A stretch of DNA of 64,000 nt from Styela clava (GCF_964204865.1 NC_135262.1:4402001-4466000); one strand, 5' to 3'; positions 1 through 13,528 are shown, counted from the stretch's first letter. Numbers and translations are program-made. The notes: generated by a model not told the origin, from the sequence alone.

Positions 1-780
1 CCTCCTTCGGGAGTCGTCTGGACATTGTTGTCCCTCAATATCGGTAATACTACAGTATAATGAAGTTGCGCAAAATACTACAAAAAAACGCAATCTAGTA
101 ACGTCATCATTGAATTCCTTGGGAAAAAATAATCCGATTTACCGGAGGAAAAAAAATTTTACCGTAGCATTCGAGAGTTTTCAGCAAAAAACGGCAATTT
201 TGGTCATGTGACGGCGCGATTAATTTAGATTATTATTGAGACAAGCATGGCGTGATATAAAGCATCTGACGTGGTCCCAGACGCCCCTCGTTTGTGAGAC
301 ACATGGAGTGTTTGTTTTATTGAGCCAAATGGAGGGAAATTCTTGGAATTTGGATAGTGCGCTGTACTGTACTGGTAGACTATGCATAGCATGCAATGAA
401 AAATTAGCTGAAAATCTCTGCAGAAATTTGCTCGAATTCCGTGAATTTTGAAAATGCAACAGACTACAATAAATGATCTGCATACCAACTTAACAATAGA
501 TAGTGCTTTAGCCCCAGAAAAGCTGTTCTATATTGCAGTAGTCACATCATCACCATTCAGCCATTGCAAAAAAATGTATTCGATGCCGTCTGGCAGTGAA
601 GTATACCTATTTGTCGCTTACAAACTGTTTTACTCGTTCCATAACACTCATTTTTCTGAACTAATATTTGATTACGGTACTGCAACGATAACAGATATTC
701 TCAGAAAACAAAATCAACATTGATTCATTTGATTTATTTCTAATTTCGGAAATACAACCGAAAACCGAGGAATAGCATGC

Positions 781-2080
781 AAAACAAGAGAGCTATGCTC
801 AAATATATGGACACGTAGAGTCACATAATTTTGATGACGTCATAGCGAAAAAAAAAGTAATAGCCTTCTGGAGAAAATTTTTATCTTTAACCACTAAAAA
901 TTTCAAAGCAATTGGTCCAGTATTCGAAGAGAAAAGCGACTTTTAAAAACGTGTCAAGCGGTACTGAGTTAGCAGTCAGGCAGCATCTTACCTGTACACT
1001 GTAGGCCATATACGGTAATTGATCACAGAACAGTTGTTCCCTTGCAAATTTTATGTTGTTTACACTTTAGGACAGATAATTGATCACAGAACAATTCTTC
1101 CCTTTCAAATTTTATGTTGTTTCCAGTAGACTCTCATCAAAATAAACAAATATAGTAGGCTACAAGTGCTACAACGCTTGCATTACTGCACTGGTAGGAC
1201 CGTGAAAGAATAAGTTACGGTAATTTCATTGTGGTAAGACACCGGTACCGGCACCAGTACCGTACTTACGTACTGAGCTACCAGTACCGGTTAGCAGTCA
1301 GCCAGCATCTTACCTGTACACTGTAGGCCATATACGGTAATTGATCACAGAACAGTTGTTCCCTTGCAAATTTTATGTTGTTTACACTTTAGGACAGATA
1401 ATTGATCACAGAACAATTCTTCCCTTTCAAATTTTATGTTGTTTCCAGTAGACTCTCATCAAAATAAACAAATATAGTAGGCTACAAGTGCTACAACGCT
1501 TGCATTACTGCACTGGTAGGACCGTGAAAGAATAAGTTACGGTAATTTCATTGTGGTAAGACACCGGCACCAGTACCAGTATCGTACTTACGTACTGAGC
1601 TACCGGTACCGAACATGTAGGTCTGATATTCCGTTCCGCATACGATAGGCTATAAAACTTGCATTGCAGCATTAGTAATACCGCGGAAGGAATAAGTCAA
1701 TTTCACTGCGTTACGGTACCTGTATGGCAACTTACCAGTACCGACCTACAGTAGCTGTAGTACTGAGCAAGACAATCGATCGCGAAACCGCTTGAAATAA
1801 GTGTAAAACAGTGTTCCCATGAGTAAAAATAAATACCGCGAAATTTTGTATGAAATATCATATCTCATAGGATTCATATAAAATTTAAGAATAAACAAAA
1901 GTAATAGCCTTCTAGCGAAAAAATTAATCTTTAACCACTAAAAATTTCAAAGCAATTGGTCCAGTATTCGAAGAGAAAAGCGACTTTTTAAAAACGTGTC
2001 AAAGAACAAGAACAAGAACAACAACAAGAACAACAACAACATAATATTGAAACGATCGTTATGTCCACTACGTGTCCAAA
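781..2080 (-). mobile_element. Helentron-associated/DINE-1-like non-autonomous rolling-circle element (composite copy)
   Basis: Subterminal inverted repeat GGACACGTAG (809-818) / CTACGTGTCC (2068-2077). Short GAGC-TAT-GCTC hairpin next to an A-run at one end, (CAA)n-like microsatellite at 2003-2040, no TSD seen. Segment 853-957 is repeated at 1897-2002. Related copies at 3993-4250 and about 18925-19240. Confidence 0.6.
969..1610. repeat. Two near-identical 322-bp tandem units, each with an internal ~61-bp duplication
   Basis: TTAGCAGTCAG.CAGCATCTTACC starts at 969 and 1291. AATTGATCACAGAACA...TTTTATGTTGTTT occurs twice per unit. Confidence 0.95.
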
Positions 2081-2335
2081 AACAAACGCACCTATCTGCT
2101 GATCCGAGCGAATGAGTCAGTCACCTTTGACCTCTTGATGATTCGTGAATGTTACGAAAATAAATAAGAAAGTCGATGCTTGGGATACATCTTTGCTGTG
2201 CATCATTTATCGATCTCACCAAAGATAAAAACAAATTGCCAGTAACGGTAACGTACAACTATAATATGGCACGCACAATATTTTAATTGCAGGCACTGCG
2301 ATAGCACACATTTTAAATGTTACTTCCCTTATTTG

Positions 2336-3327
2336 TAGGGTTACCATATTTTTGTGACTTCAAATCGAGAGAGAGAGTTTATTTAATTTTGTCAAACCAA
2401 GGAAACAATTCATGCACACATGAACAAATATCAAAAAAATAGTTTTCGGTATATGACTGGGGGGCAACGATACGACCTTTGGGGGTCATCAGAGTCAGTT
2501 ACCACCCAATTATATTAAATGAGCATAAAAATAACAGGTTCGTGTCAATATATCAATGTCTCTCACGATTTATACTATGTACAATATTTACATGAATTTA
2601 ATATTTTCAATTATGGAAGCATTCTTTTAAATAATGGGATTTTGCACAAATTGAAATTATATTGCAAAATATAATATGATCGAAACGAAAAAAAGTGGGA
2701 AAGCAGGTCAGACAAGCTACCCATTATTTGGGTAACTTGTTTTATTGAATGAATATAAGTTAAACATATCAAGTGGGATTTTGAACAAGCAAATATGGGT
2801 AGAGTTCTATTCTACTATACACACACTAGTGCAATGTAATCAGAAGCGAAGAATCGGGACGCCTCGAAAGACAACGACCCCTTAGCTGTGATTTTATAAC
2901 TTCACATTTTCCGATTTTACTACATAGGCCTACATTCCTACATTTAAAGCTGTCTCGGCTGCCTTTATTGACCCTATTGCTATCGAAATTTCATGCGCAT
3001 ATTCCCTGTCCAAATATCGGGTTCAGTTCGAAAAATAGGAAGGAATTGACGTTAACGATATCGGTACAAATAATTCAAATTTAGACTAATTAGTATTGGT
3101 TTTACATGCGATACGTCTGCCAATCTGTCAATGGGAATCAGCGGGAAACGAACGCATTCACCTTCAGTAAATAGGCTAGCGCTGCGCTACACAGAAACAA
3201 CAGTAACAAGGTCATGTTTGTGTATTATGCTGGAAAAGCGGGACTTTTGGCTGACTTATCGGAACGGCGGGACAAAACGCTGAAAAGCGGGACTGTCCGG
3301 CCTAAAGCGGGACGTATGGTAAGCCTA
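2336..3327. mobile_element. Non-autonomous hAT element (MITE) with a nested insertion
   Basis: TIRs TAGGGTTACCATA / TATGGTAAGCCTA. Perfect 8-bp TSD CTTATTTG (2328-2335, 3328-3335). Subterminal GCGGGAC repeats. Confidence 0.9.
2368..2851 (-). mobile_element. Probable 5'-truncated LINE 3' end nested in the hAT MITE
   Basis: Minus strand ends AATAAA + (CT)n tail. Stem-loop GACC-TTTGGG-GGTC near the tail. Flanked by AATCG on both sides. Confidence 0.5.
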
Positions 3328-3992
3328 CTTATTTGTCTTGCTGTACAGTAGAGGGGGGAGCGTATTGGAAGCAGATCTGGGTTAAGTGCGTTTCGTTGAC
3401 GAAAAGCGGAACGGAAGCGGTTTAGGAAAAGAACAAAAGGCCTTTAATAAAAGGGGTAGATCTGTAAAAATTCGTGTCTAGGTAGAAAGAGTATGCTTGA
3501 CGATCGCTTTATTACTATGTATTTGTTCGTAATTTTTTTAATTATTTATTCCATTTAATTTGATAGAGAGTTTTGACCACTATAGATAATTTCAGAAGAA
3601 TGAGCAACAATTCTAATCTAAATATTACACAGCGTCTCCACGATCGGGTTCATGGTTCGGTTCCCTGGATACCCTATCAACTCGTTTGGCTCGATTGATG
3701 CATAATGTTTAGCGGTTGAATGTTTTACAAATATTTTGTTTTCGAATCAAAATGTTTCGATTCGAATATTTTCGAATCTGATTCTATTCAGTACAACGTC
3801 ATATTATCGTTAATTAAGTTTAAAAGAACTATAGTATAAATTGTGATCAAATAATAATGATGAACTAATGAATTAAGTTAGTAGAATCAAATACATTCAA
3901 TGGATGCATCAACTAATATATAAGGGCTGAGAAAATTAAAGAAAGGCCCCAAGCCTTAGAAGCCTCGACATTTATTCATTAACAATTATTTA

Positions 3993-4250
3993 TTGGACAC
4001 GTTTAGTGGACACAATGATCGTTTCAATATTTTGTTGTTGTTCTTGTTATATTATTTTTCGTCATCATTATAAAATCGCTTTCTCTTTGAATACTAGACC
4101 CATTGCTTTGAAACTTTCAGTGAGTAAAGATTATATTTTTCGCTAAAAGGGTATTACTTTTATTTATCGTTTTTTGTGTGCTATGACGCCATCAAAATTT
4201 GCCACTATGTGGGGCAACGTGACATATATTTGAGTATAGCTCTCTTGTTT
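3993..4250 (+). mobile_element. Short copy of the Helentron-like element
   Basis: Diverged reverse complement of both ends of 781-2080 (TTGGACACG...GAGTATAGCTCTCTTGTTT). Confidence 0.7.
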
Positions 4251-4812
4251 TTAAATTGAAGGGACCTGCCCAAAATGTTTCAATATTTCCTGTTTCGAAT
4301 AATTTACATTTAAACGGTCAAAAAATTAAAAGACGGTCGAATAAATGAATTTGCTTAAATTTAGAAAGCTTAAGCTCCTCAAGGTTATTATACATTTTAC
4401 TATGTTTGAATCTTTTTTAACTGTAATGTTCTATTTATTAGTAATTTGTCCATGTCTCCCCCCACCTTCTCGCTACCAGAAAGGTAGTATAATATGACGT
4501 CGGGTTTTCTCGTGTCTTGACGTTTTATTACATATTCCAGTTTCTTTAAGTGTGTCTAAACACAACTTATTATCCAATCTACTTCAGTGATTAGCGTACA
4601 TTTTTGCATTACCTAAAATTTTAAAACATCTGTGACCCCATAATAAATATATCACGTAACAATAAAGGATTTTTATGACGTCATTGTAATAATCACAAAT
4701 GACCTAGCCTAGGGGCGTCTCGTCGACGTCGTCTAAATCCTGCCCTGCTCATATCTATATCGGTAACTTAGGTTTCATTGATTTAGTGACTTTTTTAATA
4801 TCCGTTCGAGTT

Positions 4813-5464
4813 CGGTGTTCCCAACCTTTTTTTGCCTCACGATCCTCTTTGAATATCTTCTAAAATACCGCGACCCCTTCCACGATATTTACTAAATTTA
4901 TATTTAAAAAATGCACTAAATTCATAGCATAGCCACATATATTTATTCGCAGTCAACTGGTAATATTTAATGTGATAGTTTGGCGTGTATGTGTCTGTGT
5001 AACCAAGACTGGAAATTTGTGGTTGTTTGTTATAATATAGAGCAAGGGTTCCCAATCTTTTTTCTTCAAGCGACCCAAATTTTTTCAAAAGTAAATTTTG
5101 TAAAATCTCGCGACCCAATGATATATTCGCATACTAAACGGCATGTAGTGCTTTTATGCCCGCAAAATTAAATGGCTCTAAATTAAATTAAACCGTCATT
5201 TTTACATGGTAATCATATCAGCAGAAATTAATTAATTCAAAGTTGTTAGTGAGTAAGGAGTGGTTCTTTGCCATCAGCGAGTTTTTGAAGTTGTGGCGTA
5301 GGTTCACTTAACTTAAGTCAAACACGCATTGTATAAAATTACGATTGAACAATACTATACTACCAAATATACAATATGCAATTAAATTTACTAGAAAATA
5401 TTTCTGTCGAAAAAACAGGCGACGACCCAGCTTTTGGTCGCGACTCATAGGTTGGGAAACACTG
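4813..5464. mobile_element. Degenerate hAT-Charlie-like MITE(s)
   Basis: Ends CGGTGTTCCCAACC (4813), CAAGGGTTCCCAATC (5043) and GGTTGGGAAACACTG (5464), with CGCGACCC motifs. No clean TSD. Confidence 0.55.
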
Positions 5465-6247
5465 TTAAAGACAAAGACAAAGCAGGCATCTGTTCATCTT
5501 CTACCTTCAATCTGTTTTGGCCTTCCGTTTTGATACGTAAGAGTCGAAAATCCGCTCTCGCACATGTACGTCATAGCGAAGGGAAGCAGTACTCGAAATG
5601 CCAGTTTCGATATTTTTGGATATGATTTATTACCATTTCACACCAAAATTGTGATAGGCACTTCTGGTAAATATTGTTACACCCCCTTACACTAAGATCA
5701 AGCTAAATTATGTATATGTTGTATATATTAATTAGCTTTAATTAACTTTTTATTATTATTTATCCTCGCACCATGGCAAAGAAATTTCATACAACTTCGG
5801 TTTCTCGTCGATTGCGATAGTTTCCGATTTCAGGTAATTGAGCTTTGCAGGAATATTATTTTAAATAATTGGCCTACAAAATCCCCTGACTGCTTGCTTA
5901 GGCAGAAAAGCATTATTTGAACAATATTGCGTAAAAATTCCCGCTATTGTGGTTGACATACGATATGCGTTTTCTCATAATTTTCCAATAATTGCAGAAA
6001 AGACTGTAACAGAAACCCCCGTGCAAAAATATAAAGGGTAAGCTTCAGAACCAAATTGAACCTAAGACATAATAATAATTATATCGGAAAGAAACGCTAT
6101 CTACCGTGTCTTTGAATCTTCCGAAGCGATTTGGTGATATTGAATCTTCAACCCTTTGCTATCATATTATTTAATTTTCTTTTTCTTTCATCAAGTATAT
6201 ATTTTTTATGGGCAGCAGCGAAATTCAAATCATAATCACACGAATTC

Positions 6248-6450
6248 AGGTACTCCCGTGGTATGTGTACCAGGTTAGGGTTAGGCCATAATTTTATTCC
6301 TATTTTCCTCATATTAGTTCTATCACGAGTTCGGGACTGTCTGTGAGAATACATCCCCTGTCCATAGGTTTCAGTTCCTTTCCACAACTTGATGTAAAAT
6401 AAGCGAACAAAATTAGTTACCTCTATATTGATATACACACTTCCGCCCGA
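6248..6450. repeat. Dispersed repeat with GGTTAGGGTTAGG core, related to the palindromic elements at 11165 and 18789
   Basis: Shares GTATGTGTACCAGGTT(A/T)GGGTT with those elements. Confidence 0.5.
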
Positions 6451-6925
6451 ATTTACAACTTCACCAATTCTCTCACTTGTTTTTCGTAACACTTAATGCC
6501 TTATCTAGAGCCGTACTTTGTGGAAAAGAGACATTTCACTTGCATTTAAACACACTATATCGGCATGGGTAATAATAGGAAATATCTTTGCAGTTATAAC
6601 ATAATAAGAGATCAAAATGCGTAGCTAATAATTCAAGTATTTTACTTATCACAAAACAATAATAAGCGGCCGCTAGTTGTTAGCCGACAACACAATTATT
6701 AAACTGTTCAAAAAAAAAAAATTAACTGTTGCTGACATTTAATTATGTATCTGTCAAGACGGCGGTTAATTGACCAATCTAACATTAATTTATAGCGGAA
6801 TGGAATGCCTATTTTCTAATTTATTAACTTCTGTTTGCCTCACTTAAATCGATTGTCGGAATCTAATTTGCGGCGAAATCCTTTTCATCAAATGCAGTGC
6901 CTCATAGTGATTCTAGCGATGGATT

Positions 6926-9900
6926 TTATATCTGACAGACAACACCAAAGTGATTGAAAGTAGGATAGGAATTCCTCATCCCTGGGTTCGAAGACGCAAA
7001 GAGATAAACATGTTGGTGTTTCTTATAATCCAGTCCTATAGATGGGAAGTTTCTGCTCCACTTTGTGAAGGTTTCTGGATTAGGGTAGATGACGTCACCA
7101 CTCTGCAATTGAAATATTTGAATTTTAGAATACGACAACCTAACCCTTGGAGCATATTCGTCCTTTATTTGCAATTTTTCATAGGTACAAAATGTTTTTA
7201 GATATATAAGTATATAGTATTTCTGTTTATTGGAACCGGTTAAAAACTGAACGCAAAAAGATTTTTTTTTTAATTTCTAAAATTATCTCAAACGACTGCA
7301 AATGAAATTTTTCCCTATTTAGAAAGATCTTAGTTTCACAGAAGTCTTATAGGAGGCATAAACAAATACAATAGTCTATATAAAAAGGGAATATCCCCCG
7401 AGCTGGTAACTGAACTTGAAATAGTTATAAATGTTTAGCGACTTGTAATATGAGCTGTTCTACACCAGAGCTCATAAATTACTTCGTAAAATTCACCTAA
7501 CAAAAATAAAATAGGCTATAAGTATTAATCATAAAAAAAAAGTGGGAAATGACATGCGACCTAGGCAGATTTACCAACACACAACGTGGTCCCCGGCACA
7601 TTTTCCAGTTTGACACACTGCGTCATGGCCCGATATACCAGTCATTGATATTGACAGGAATCGTAGGAAGCTTGGAATAGTGTTTGGAATTATTACCAGT
7701 CAGAATTCCACTGCTTGCAATCTCGATCACAATAGAATACCCCGTCTGTCTATCAATGCTCAAACAACGATATTTGGCAACTAATAATTAATTAGTCTTG
7801 GCGACATGGCGCATAGTACTAAGTGTTAACAAATGCGTTTGTCATTGCAACTCCGATTACCCTTCGTGGGTTCGCAGGTTGGGAAATTATGTGCGAGAGG
7901 ATTGCTGGATTCCTCGCCGCCGTATGGTCCATGTTACGCTGGTAACGGCCTTCTTCATCACCAAGTCCATGCATCTGAAAACATATCATGGCTTACTAGT
8001 CCAATACCTGACATGAACTAGCAACTGAAAGGGAGGCCGTTGTACGCTTTTTTATTTATCCGTCTGGTAGGCTTTCCTCCCCGCTCCGGAATAAATCTGG
8101 AAAATCTTGTCTGTGAATAAATGTAATGTATATATATTGCTTACCATCACATTAATTTTGATCCCGAGCCACAAGTTCGTGTACGATCTTCCTTCTATTT
8201 TTTCTCTAACATTTGCTACGATGTCGTCGTAAATTTCCTGGTTTGGAATAATCGCCAACTTTGCTTCATCATCCGAGCAGATCGCCTTCGCTTGTTCATA
8301 GCTAACATTGGACACTGTGTTTATCTTGGAGTAGAAACATGCACCTTCCATACGAACTTCGCAAAGTTCTACAGAAGAAAAAATTGAAAATGAACACGAT
8401 CGTCAGCAGCCAGTGCCGTTGCATACAATTGCATCCGCAGATTTTAGCCCCCACATACAGATTTCGCCCATGAACATTTGCGCACCCATGGACATTTGCA
8501 CCCATAGATATTTGCACCCATAGACATTTGCACCCACAGACATTTGAACCAAAGGACTTTAGCACCTACGTACTTTTGCACCCGCGAACATTTGCACCAA
8601 CGTACATTTGCACTCACGAACATTAGCACCCACGGATATTCGCATCTATGGACACTTGTACGTTGTACCCATGGAATTTTGCACCCAAAAGATGTTCTAT
8701 TGTCATTTGCGTCGAAATAGGGACATCATAATGTTATATTTTGTAATGAAAACGAGCTAACTGCAAACCCGAGCGTACATGGGTGAAAATATCTGTGGCT
8801 GCAAAGGAATTTTATACACGTGATCTTATACTTGTGAGTTTGTGGCTTAGTTTGGATGTTTATTTAATAAAACAAACGTTTATACTTTCTATCTTACTTT
8901 GACCCGTAAAAATTTATTTTCTTGTATAACGACATTCATAATCTGTTTTCCCCCGAATTATTTTTTAATTTAGGTATAAGGGGCATCATTATTAGAAACT
9001 CGCCCCGGGCAGCAGAAAAGTTTGTCACGCCCCTGACTCTATGTGAGGCGGCATTGGATTTACACCTAAAATGTGTATTCTGCAATGCTATCTCGGGTTC
9101 ACACACATTCCCCTCCCGACGGTGTAATAATTTAGGTAGACAATGCCGAATTCCGACCTCTTTATATAGATAACTGTGGCTTGCATAGAGCCCTGTTCAG
9201 AGCAAAGAAAACAAAAAAAATCTAGTTATATATATATATATATATTCAATAGGCGAATAAAAGTTAAAACTAATTTGGTGATTTATTTTCCCACTAATGG
9301 AATCAACATCCGTGCGAAATGTACCTTTCTCTAAGTTTGATACATATTACTAAATGCTACTTACCGGGCGGTAGATCATCCCTGTTTATTGGTTTGACTT
9401 CGCAAGAAGCTGTTTTATTGTTTGTAATTGATTCAACCAAAGTATTTTCAAGTTCTTCAAAGTTTTCATCAGCTTCTGCCGCTATGGCATCCCCAAGATT
9501 GCCGAATTTTTCTGTCATTTCTGCTTTCCATTTGTCCATTACTGCAATAGAAAAATAGTTCTGGAATATATTTAGTTATGCGTCTATACTTCAACTGAAA
9601 AGCGAAAACCAGCCGGTCAACCAGCCACATCAAGGGGCGGGTGAGCAATAATTCGGATAATCGAAATGTTTTGGCGCAACCTACAGAATTGTTGAATATA
9701 ATGCAAGTGGTTCAAGTTGCTGAACTGACCCGAACAAAGAATTTTTTAAAAAGGAACAAAGTTTTATTGTAATTAATTATTATACTTATACCATCGCTTA
9801 TTCTGAAATTAAATTATTACCTATAGCAAATCTATCCTCAATCCCTTCGTTTATTCGGTCATAATCCACCAATTGGACGTCGTCATCAGAATCTGGCAGA

Positions 9901-9986
9901 GTCACGCAGATTTGAGTGGCTTGTACATTGACTATTTGTTGACTTACAAACAGGCAAATGGGGCAGAATGCTTTCAGAAAGTTCAT
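6926..9986 (-). CDS. Secreted C-type lectin-domain protein, 247 aa, 4 exons (9986-9821, 9541-9365, 8368-8145, 7102-6926)
   Basis: All three introns are GT-AG and phase-compatible (1,1,0), giving a 744-nt frame. Signal-peptide-like N-terminus, acidic helical stalk, then CTLD hallmarks (C-x6-CFY, SYEQAKAIC, LAII, LWLGI, W-x3-P, VVCQI). Confidence 0.85.
7801..8099 (+). mobile_element. tRNA-derived SINE-like element in lectin intron 3
   Basis: A-box-like TGGCGCATAGT and B-box-like GGTTCGCAGG. Homologous copies at 12989-13270(-), 14650-14775(-) and 26835-26930(+). Confidence 0.6.
8420..8805. repeat. ~17-bp minisatellite (GACATTTGCACCCA(T/C)NG) with an inverted terminal copy, MITE-like
   Basis: More than a dozen degenerate units at 8420-8690. 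Inverted unit ATGGGTGAAAATATCTG at about 8779-8795. Confidence 0.85.
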
Positions 9987-11164
9987 TTTTTTTCAAAATT
10001 AGTATTAATATGGTGTCTAAGTAGATATGAAAAGCAAAAAATTTGATAATGAATTTGACTGCTAAAAATCTTATATTTTATCTGGATTTGTATTATTATT
10101 ATGACGTCAGAAATGTTTTTAAAATTTTATTTACATTCCAGTCTCGGTCCTAAACAGAAAATTTCAGAAACTGTTTCTATATTCTTGTCTTTGATTGAGT
10201 GTCTCTGCACTAATGCTGCCTTTTGGCGTTTTGTCTTAAATCAGAGCAACGTAGTAAACGTGGCCCATGATAACATGTGGGGCAAACATAACACAAGATA
10301 TATGCTCCATTTTTTCGCACAATTCCTTTGTAGAAATTTGTTGCAAATTTGCCTGCCCAGTCGTGTCCCTCTAAGTTTGGCACTTTTTATGCTTATACAA
10401 ACGATTTTAATGCTTAGATTTATAGCTGACATCGAAGTTCGCTTGATAAGAATCCTGTTTCGCAAAAAATATTGCCAATGCACGAAAATGCGTTACGTAT
10501 ATCCTATATAGCACAAAACAGAATCGGATACTTTTTTTTATTAACAACGATATCAGATTCAGAACTTTTTCCGCCCAAAGCACTCATTGGCTGCTACAAA
10601 GTGAGATTATTTGCAGCGAAGCGATTTGGTTTTACAATTAGTTTCCGATTTCGGGTAATTTTGGATTATTTTAAGATCAAATTTCCGGAGGTAAAATAAA
10701 TATGGATTATTGTTCCAAGCTTGACCAAGGATGTTGCGTCACCTAATTTGACCTTAAATTCAAATAAATTGAGGTCGTGTCGCAACAATTTAGCAAATCT
10801 ATGAACGTAAATATAGGCGCTTTATTATGGGTCAAAAGTCATACCATACTGTCAGGCCGTTTTAAGTTAATTGGGTCAACCGAACCGTGCGCGTCACAAT
10901 TTTTCTGTACAGTTCGAAGTGGCGGGTATCAGAATTCTCCCAGAGAACTTCTGATGTGTTACCTATTATGAAAGCGTACCATTCATATGCCGAAGACACA
11001 GAAAATTGTCCAATCGTCATTATTTAGGCATATATATTCCAATTCATCAAGCAATACGCGCTCTCAACATAATTCGGATTTTTTGTACAAAGCCCCCGCC
11101 ACTAATGCAAAAATGTAAGTTTGAGAAAAATATCTCCGCCACCACGTTTTAAATAAACAAATTA

Positions 11165-11280
11165 GGGACCTCCAGAAATATGTGCACCAAGATGGCGCAC
11201 AATCTGAACATAGTATGTGTACCAGGTTTGGGTTCAGGTTGTGCGCCATCTTGGGACCTCCAGAAGTATATTCACCAAGT
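11165..11280. repeat. Short palindromic MITE-like element
   Basis: Arms CCAAGATGGCGCACAA / TTGTGCGCCATCTTGG. Inverted copy at 18789-18897. Confidence 0.8.
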
Positions 11281-11980
11281 TTTGGGCGGAGGCTTTGTAC
11301 AAAATATCCCATTATTTCACAAAGAGGTATCTGGTAGTGATGTACACATGTTTTTTTAATATACAGGGTGTTAAAAAAGTCACGCAAAATTAAGGTCAAA
11401 TTTTTCGCCATGGCAACGTTAAAAAAGTAACTGTTAAAAAGCGTCAGTTGTGAAATTTTTAAATGACATTTTACCGTAATTCAATACTGTTAAATGTGTC
11501 AGTCGTTAAATGTTTTAAGTAGCATTTCTTCTTAACTTCTGTAAAATTTGCCTTACTTTTACAACACACTGATATTTATCAGCAATATCAGACGGAAGCA
11601 AATACTTAGCATTGAACGAATGGTCTCAGGTAGATAGACAGCAGTATCATATGAGATATTCTCGAAATATAGAGGTCCAATTTTGTGAGCAATACAAATT
11701 TAATAAGCATGAATTTCATCCGGTTCTACCCCACATTGCCACATGCAATAATAGGTGCGATTGTTGTGTAATTCCGCAAAGAGTTCAATACCCTCCAATT
11801 ATCAGCTGATAATCCAATTATCTTTTTCGTGCATTTTGTCATCTGTTTGCTTTTCTCTAACTACCAATACTTACTGTAGAGTTAATATAATCAAATGCGC
11901 AATTATGAACATGCGTGGTATACGTAAAACAAATTTTATTCATATCAATTTAATTAAAGTGGTTCAAAGTCCGTGTAGGA

Positions 11981-12480
11981 CAGGGGTGGGCAATCTTTTT
12001 CGGCTCTTGTGACAAAATTGGCTAAATTTAACGAAAAAATTTCTCCGCATGCCGACCAAAATTAAAAACAGGATTAAAATAAGCATATATAGATGAAAAC
12101 AGAGAGAGTAATGCATTTGCAAAGTTTATACTTTATAGGACATGGAAAATTTCCGGAAATGGCAACCGATCACGCAGTAGTTCATTTTCTGCACTCTCGT
12201 GTATTCCCTTTTCTATCGCTTATATTTCTTTCGAAATCATTTTATAACATGAATTTAGCAAGTAACTTCAAACAACCAAGTTTACAACTCATTTGTTACA
12301 TCTTAATATATTTCTTTGTAGTCAGTTGAGTCCTTGGTGTCAATGTCACCTGATACAAGGACTTTTGAAACTCGAGAATTATAAATTTCCTCAATTCAAA
12401 CTTAAGTCGATACTGAGATGGCAGTGACTTACCTTGATTCGAGACTCGAAGTGTGGTAGTGTGTGGCATTAATGCTTTAT
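11981..12480. mobile_element. hAT-Charlie-like remnant (one end only)
   Basis: Begins CAGGGGTGGGCAATC. No right TIR found, so the right boundary is uncertain. Confidence 0.35.
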
Positions 12481-12685
12481 CTTTATTGTTGGTATGCAAT
12501 TTTTTTTATCGTAGGGATGGTCAACGTAGAATGATTTACTATCCCAGAATATTTTGAAATAATTAGATCGAATCCAGAATACCGAATCCTATTTTGTTTT
12601 TACAATTATTTAAATAGTGGAAATTTAAGAATTTGAAACAATATTTTTTTTTTCTTTCAAATTTATGTGATCCCTAAAAAGATGG

Positions 12686-12720
12686 AGACAGAGAGAGAGA
12701 GAGTGTGAGAGAGAGAGATG
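12686..12720. repeat. (GA)n microsatellite
   Basis: Seen directly. Confidence 0.9.
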
Positions 12721-12988
12721 AGGGTCATCACGTGACAGGTCAGATGCTTGCCAGTTTCATTTGTTTATCTTCTTTGTGGGTCGCCTTTCAGTTCCTTTTT
12801 GTGAGTTGTGACTATTATTTCGGATTGTGATTGCCCTAGACTGCAAGAGCAAATATTCGACAATTGGGATCATACGCACTGGCATGTATGGCTATCTGGC
12901 TATGGTAAATATGTCTCATCTGTATGTAATGATTAATACCGGTATTATTATTTTATCTATAAAAAAAAAAATATACGGTACAAAGGAC

Positions 12989-13270
12989 AGGATTTACATA
13001 TTTATCCCGGGTAGAGGAGAGCCAATAAGACGGCTTAATCATTCATTTACCGGTACACCACGGCCTTTGGTCTGGTTACCGGTACCGGTTCATGTCGGGC
13101 ATGAGATTAGTTAGCCAGTTTAGGTGCCTCGACTTGATGGTGAACGAAGCCATAAGCATAACCGTGAACCACCCTTTGGCAGTATGGTGGCAAGGAGTTC
13201 AGCAATTCGGGTCTCACGACACGTAGTTTCATACCGCAATGACATGCTTCTAGTCACTGGTGGGTGTAGC
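12989..13270 (-). mobile_element. SINE-like copy
   Basis: Reverse-complement similarity to 7860-8099 (CATCACCAAGTC, GACATGAAC, GATAAAT end). Confidence 0.6.
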
Positions 13271-13438
13271 ATAACGATTTTCGCACTTGTCATTTGTCAA
13301 TCCTAAACCCCACCTGACTGCGGCGAACAAAAATACGTCCCTAACTCACTACAACGTTACAATCACATCAGAGCTTGCGAAAGTATACGGTACCATACAC
13401 CAGTCTGGATTTCATGGCCTTTTTGAACGAGAAATGGG

Positions 13439-13528
13439 GCGTGCAATCAGAAATTCCTGCGTGCAAATAAAAATTCCTGGCGTGCAATTATAGCTCACGG
13501 CGTGCAAAACAACTGCGCCCGCGTGCAA
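13439..13528. promoter_or_regulatory. Phased array of five GCGTGCAA motifs
   Basis: Motif starts at 13439, 13459, 13480, 13500 and 13521. Function is inferred only. Confidence 0.3.

Noticed and set aside
969-1610. CRISPR-like array
   Set aside because: Eukaryotic context with no unique spacers and no cas genes.
7801-7880. tRNA gene
   Set aside because: No convincing cloverleaf, and it continues into a SINE body found in several diverged copies.
8302-8629. Cys-rich repetitive ORFs
   Set aside because: Translations of the 17-bp minisatellite.
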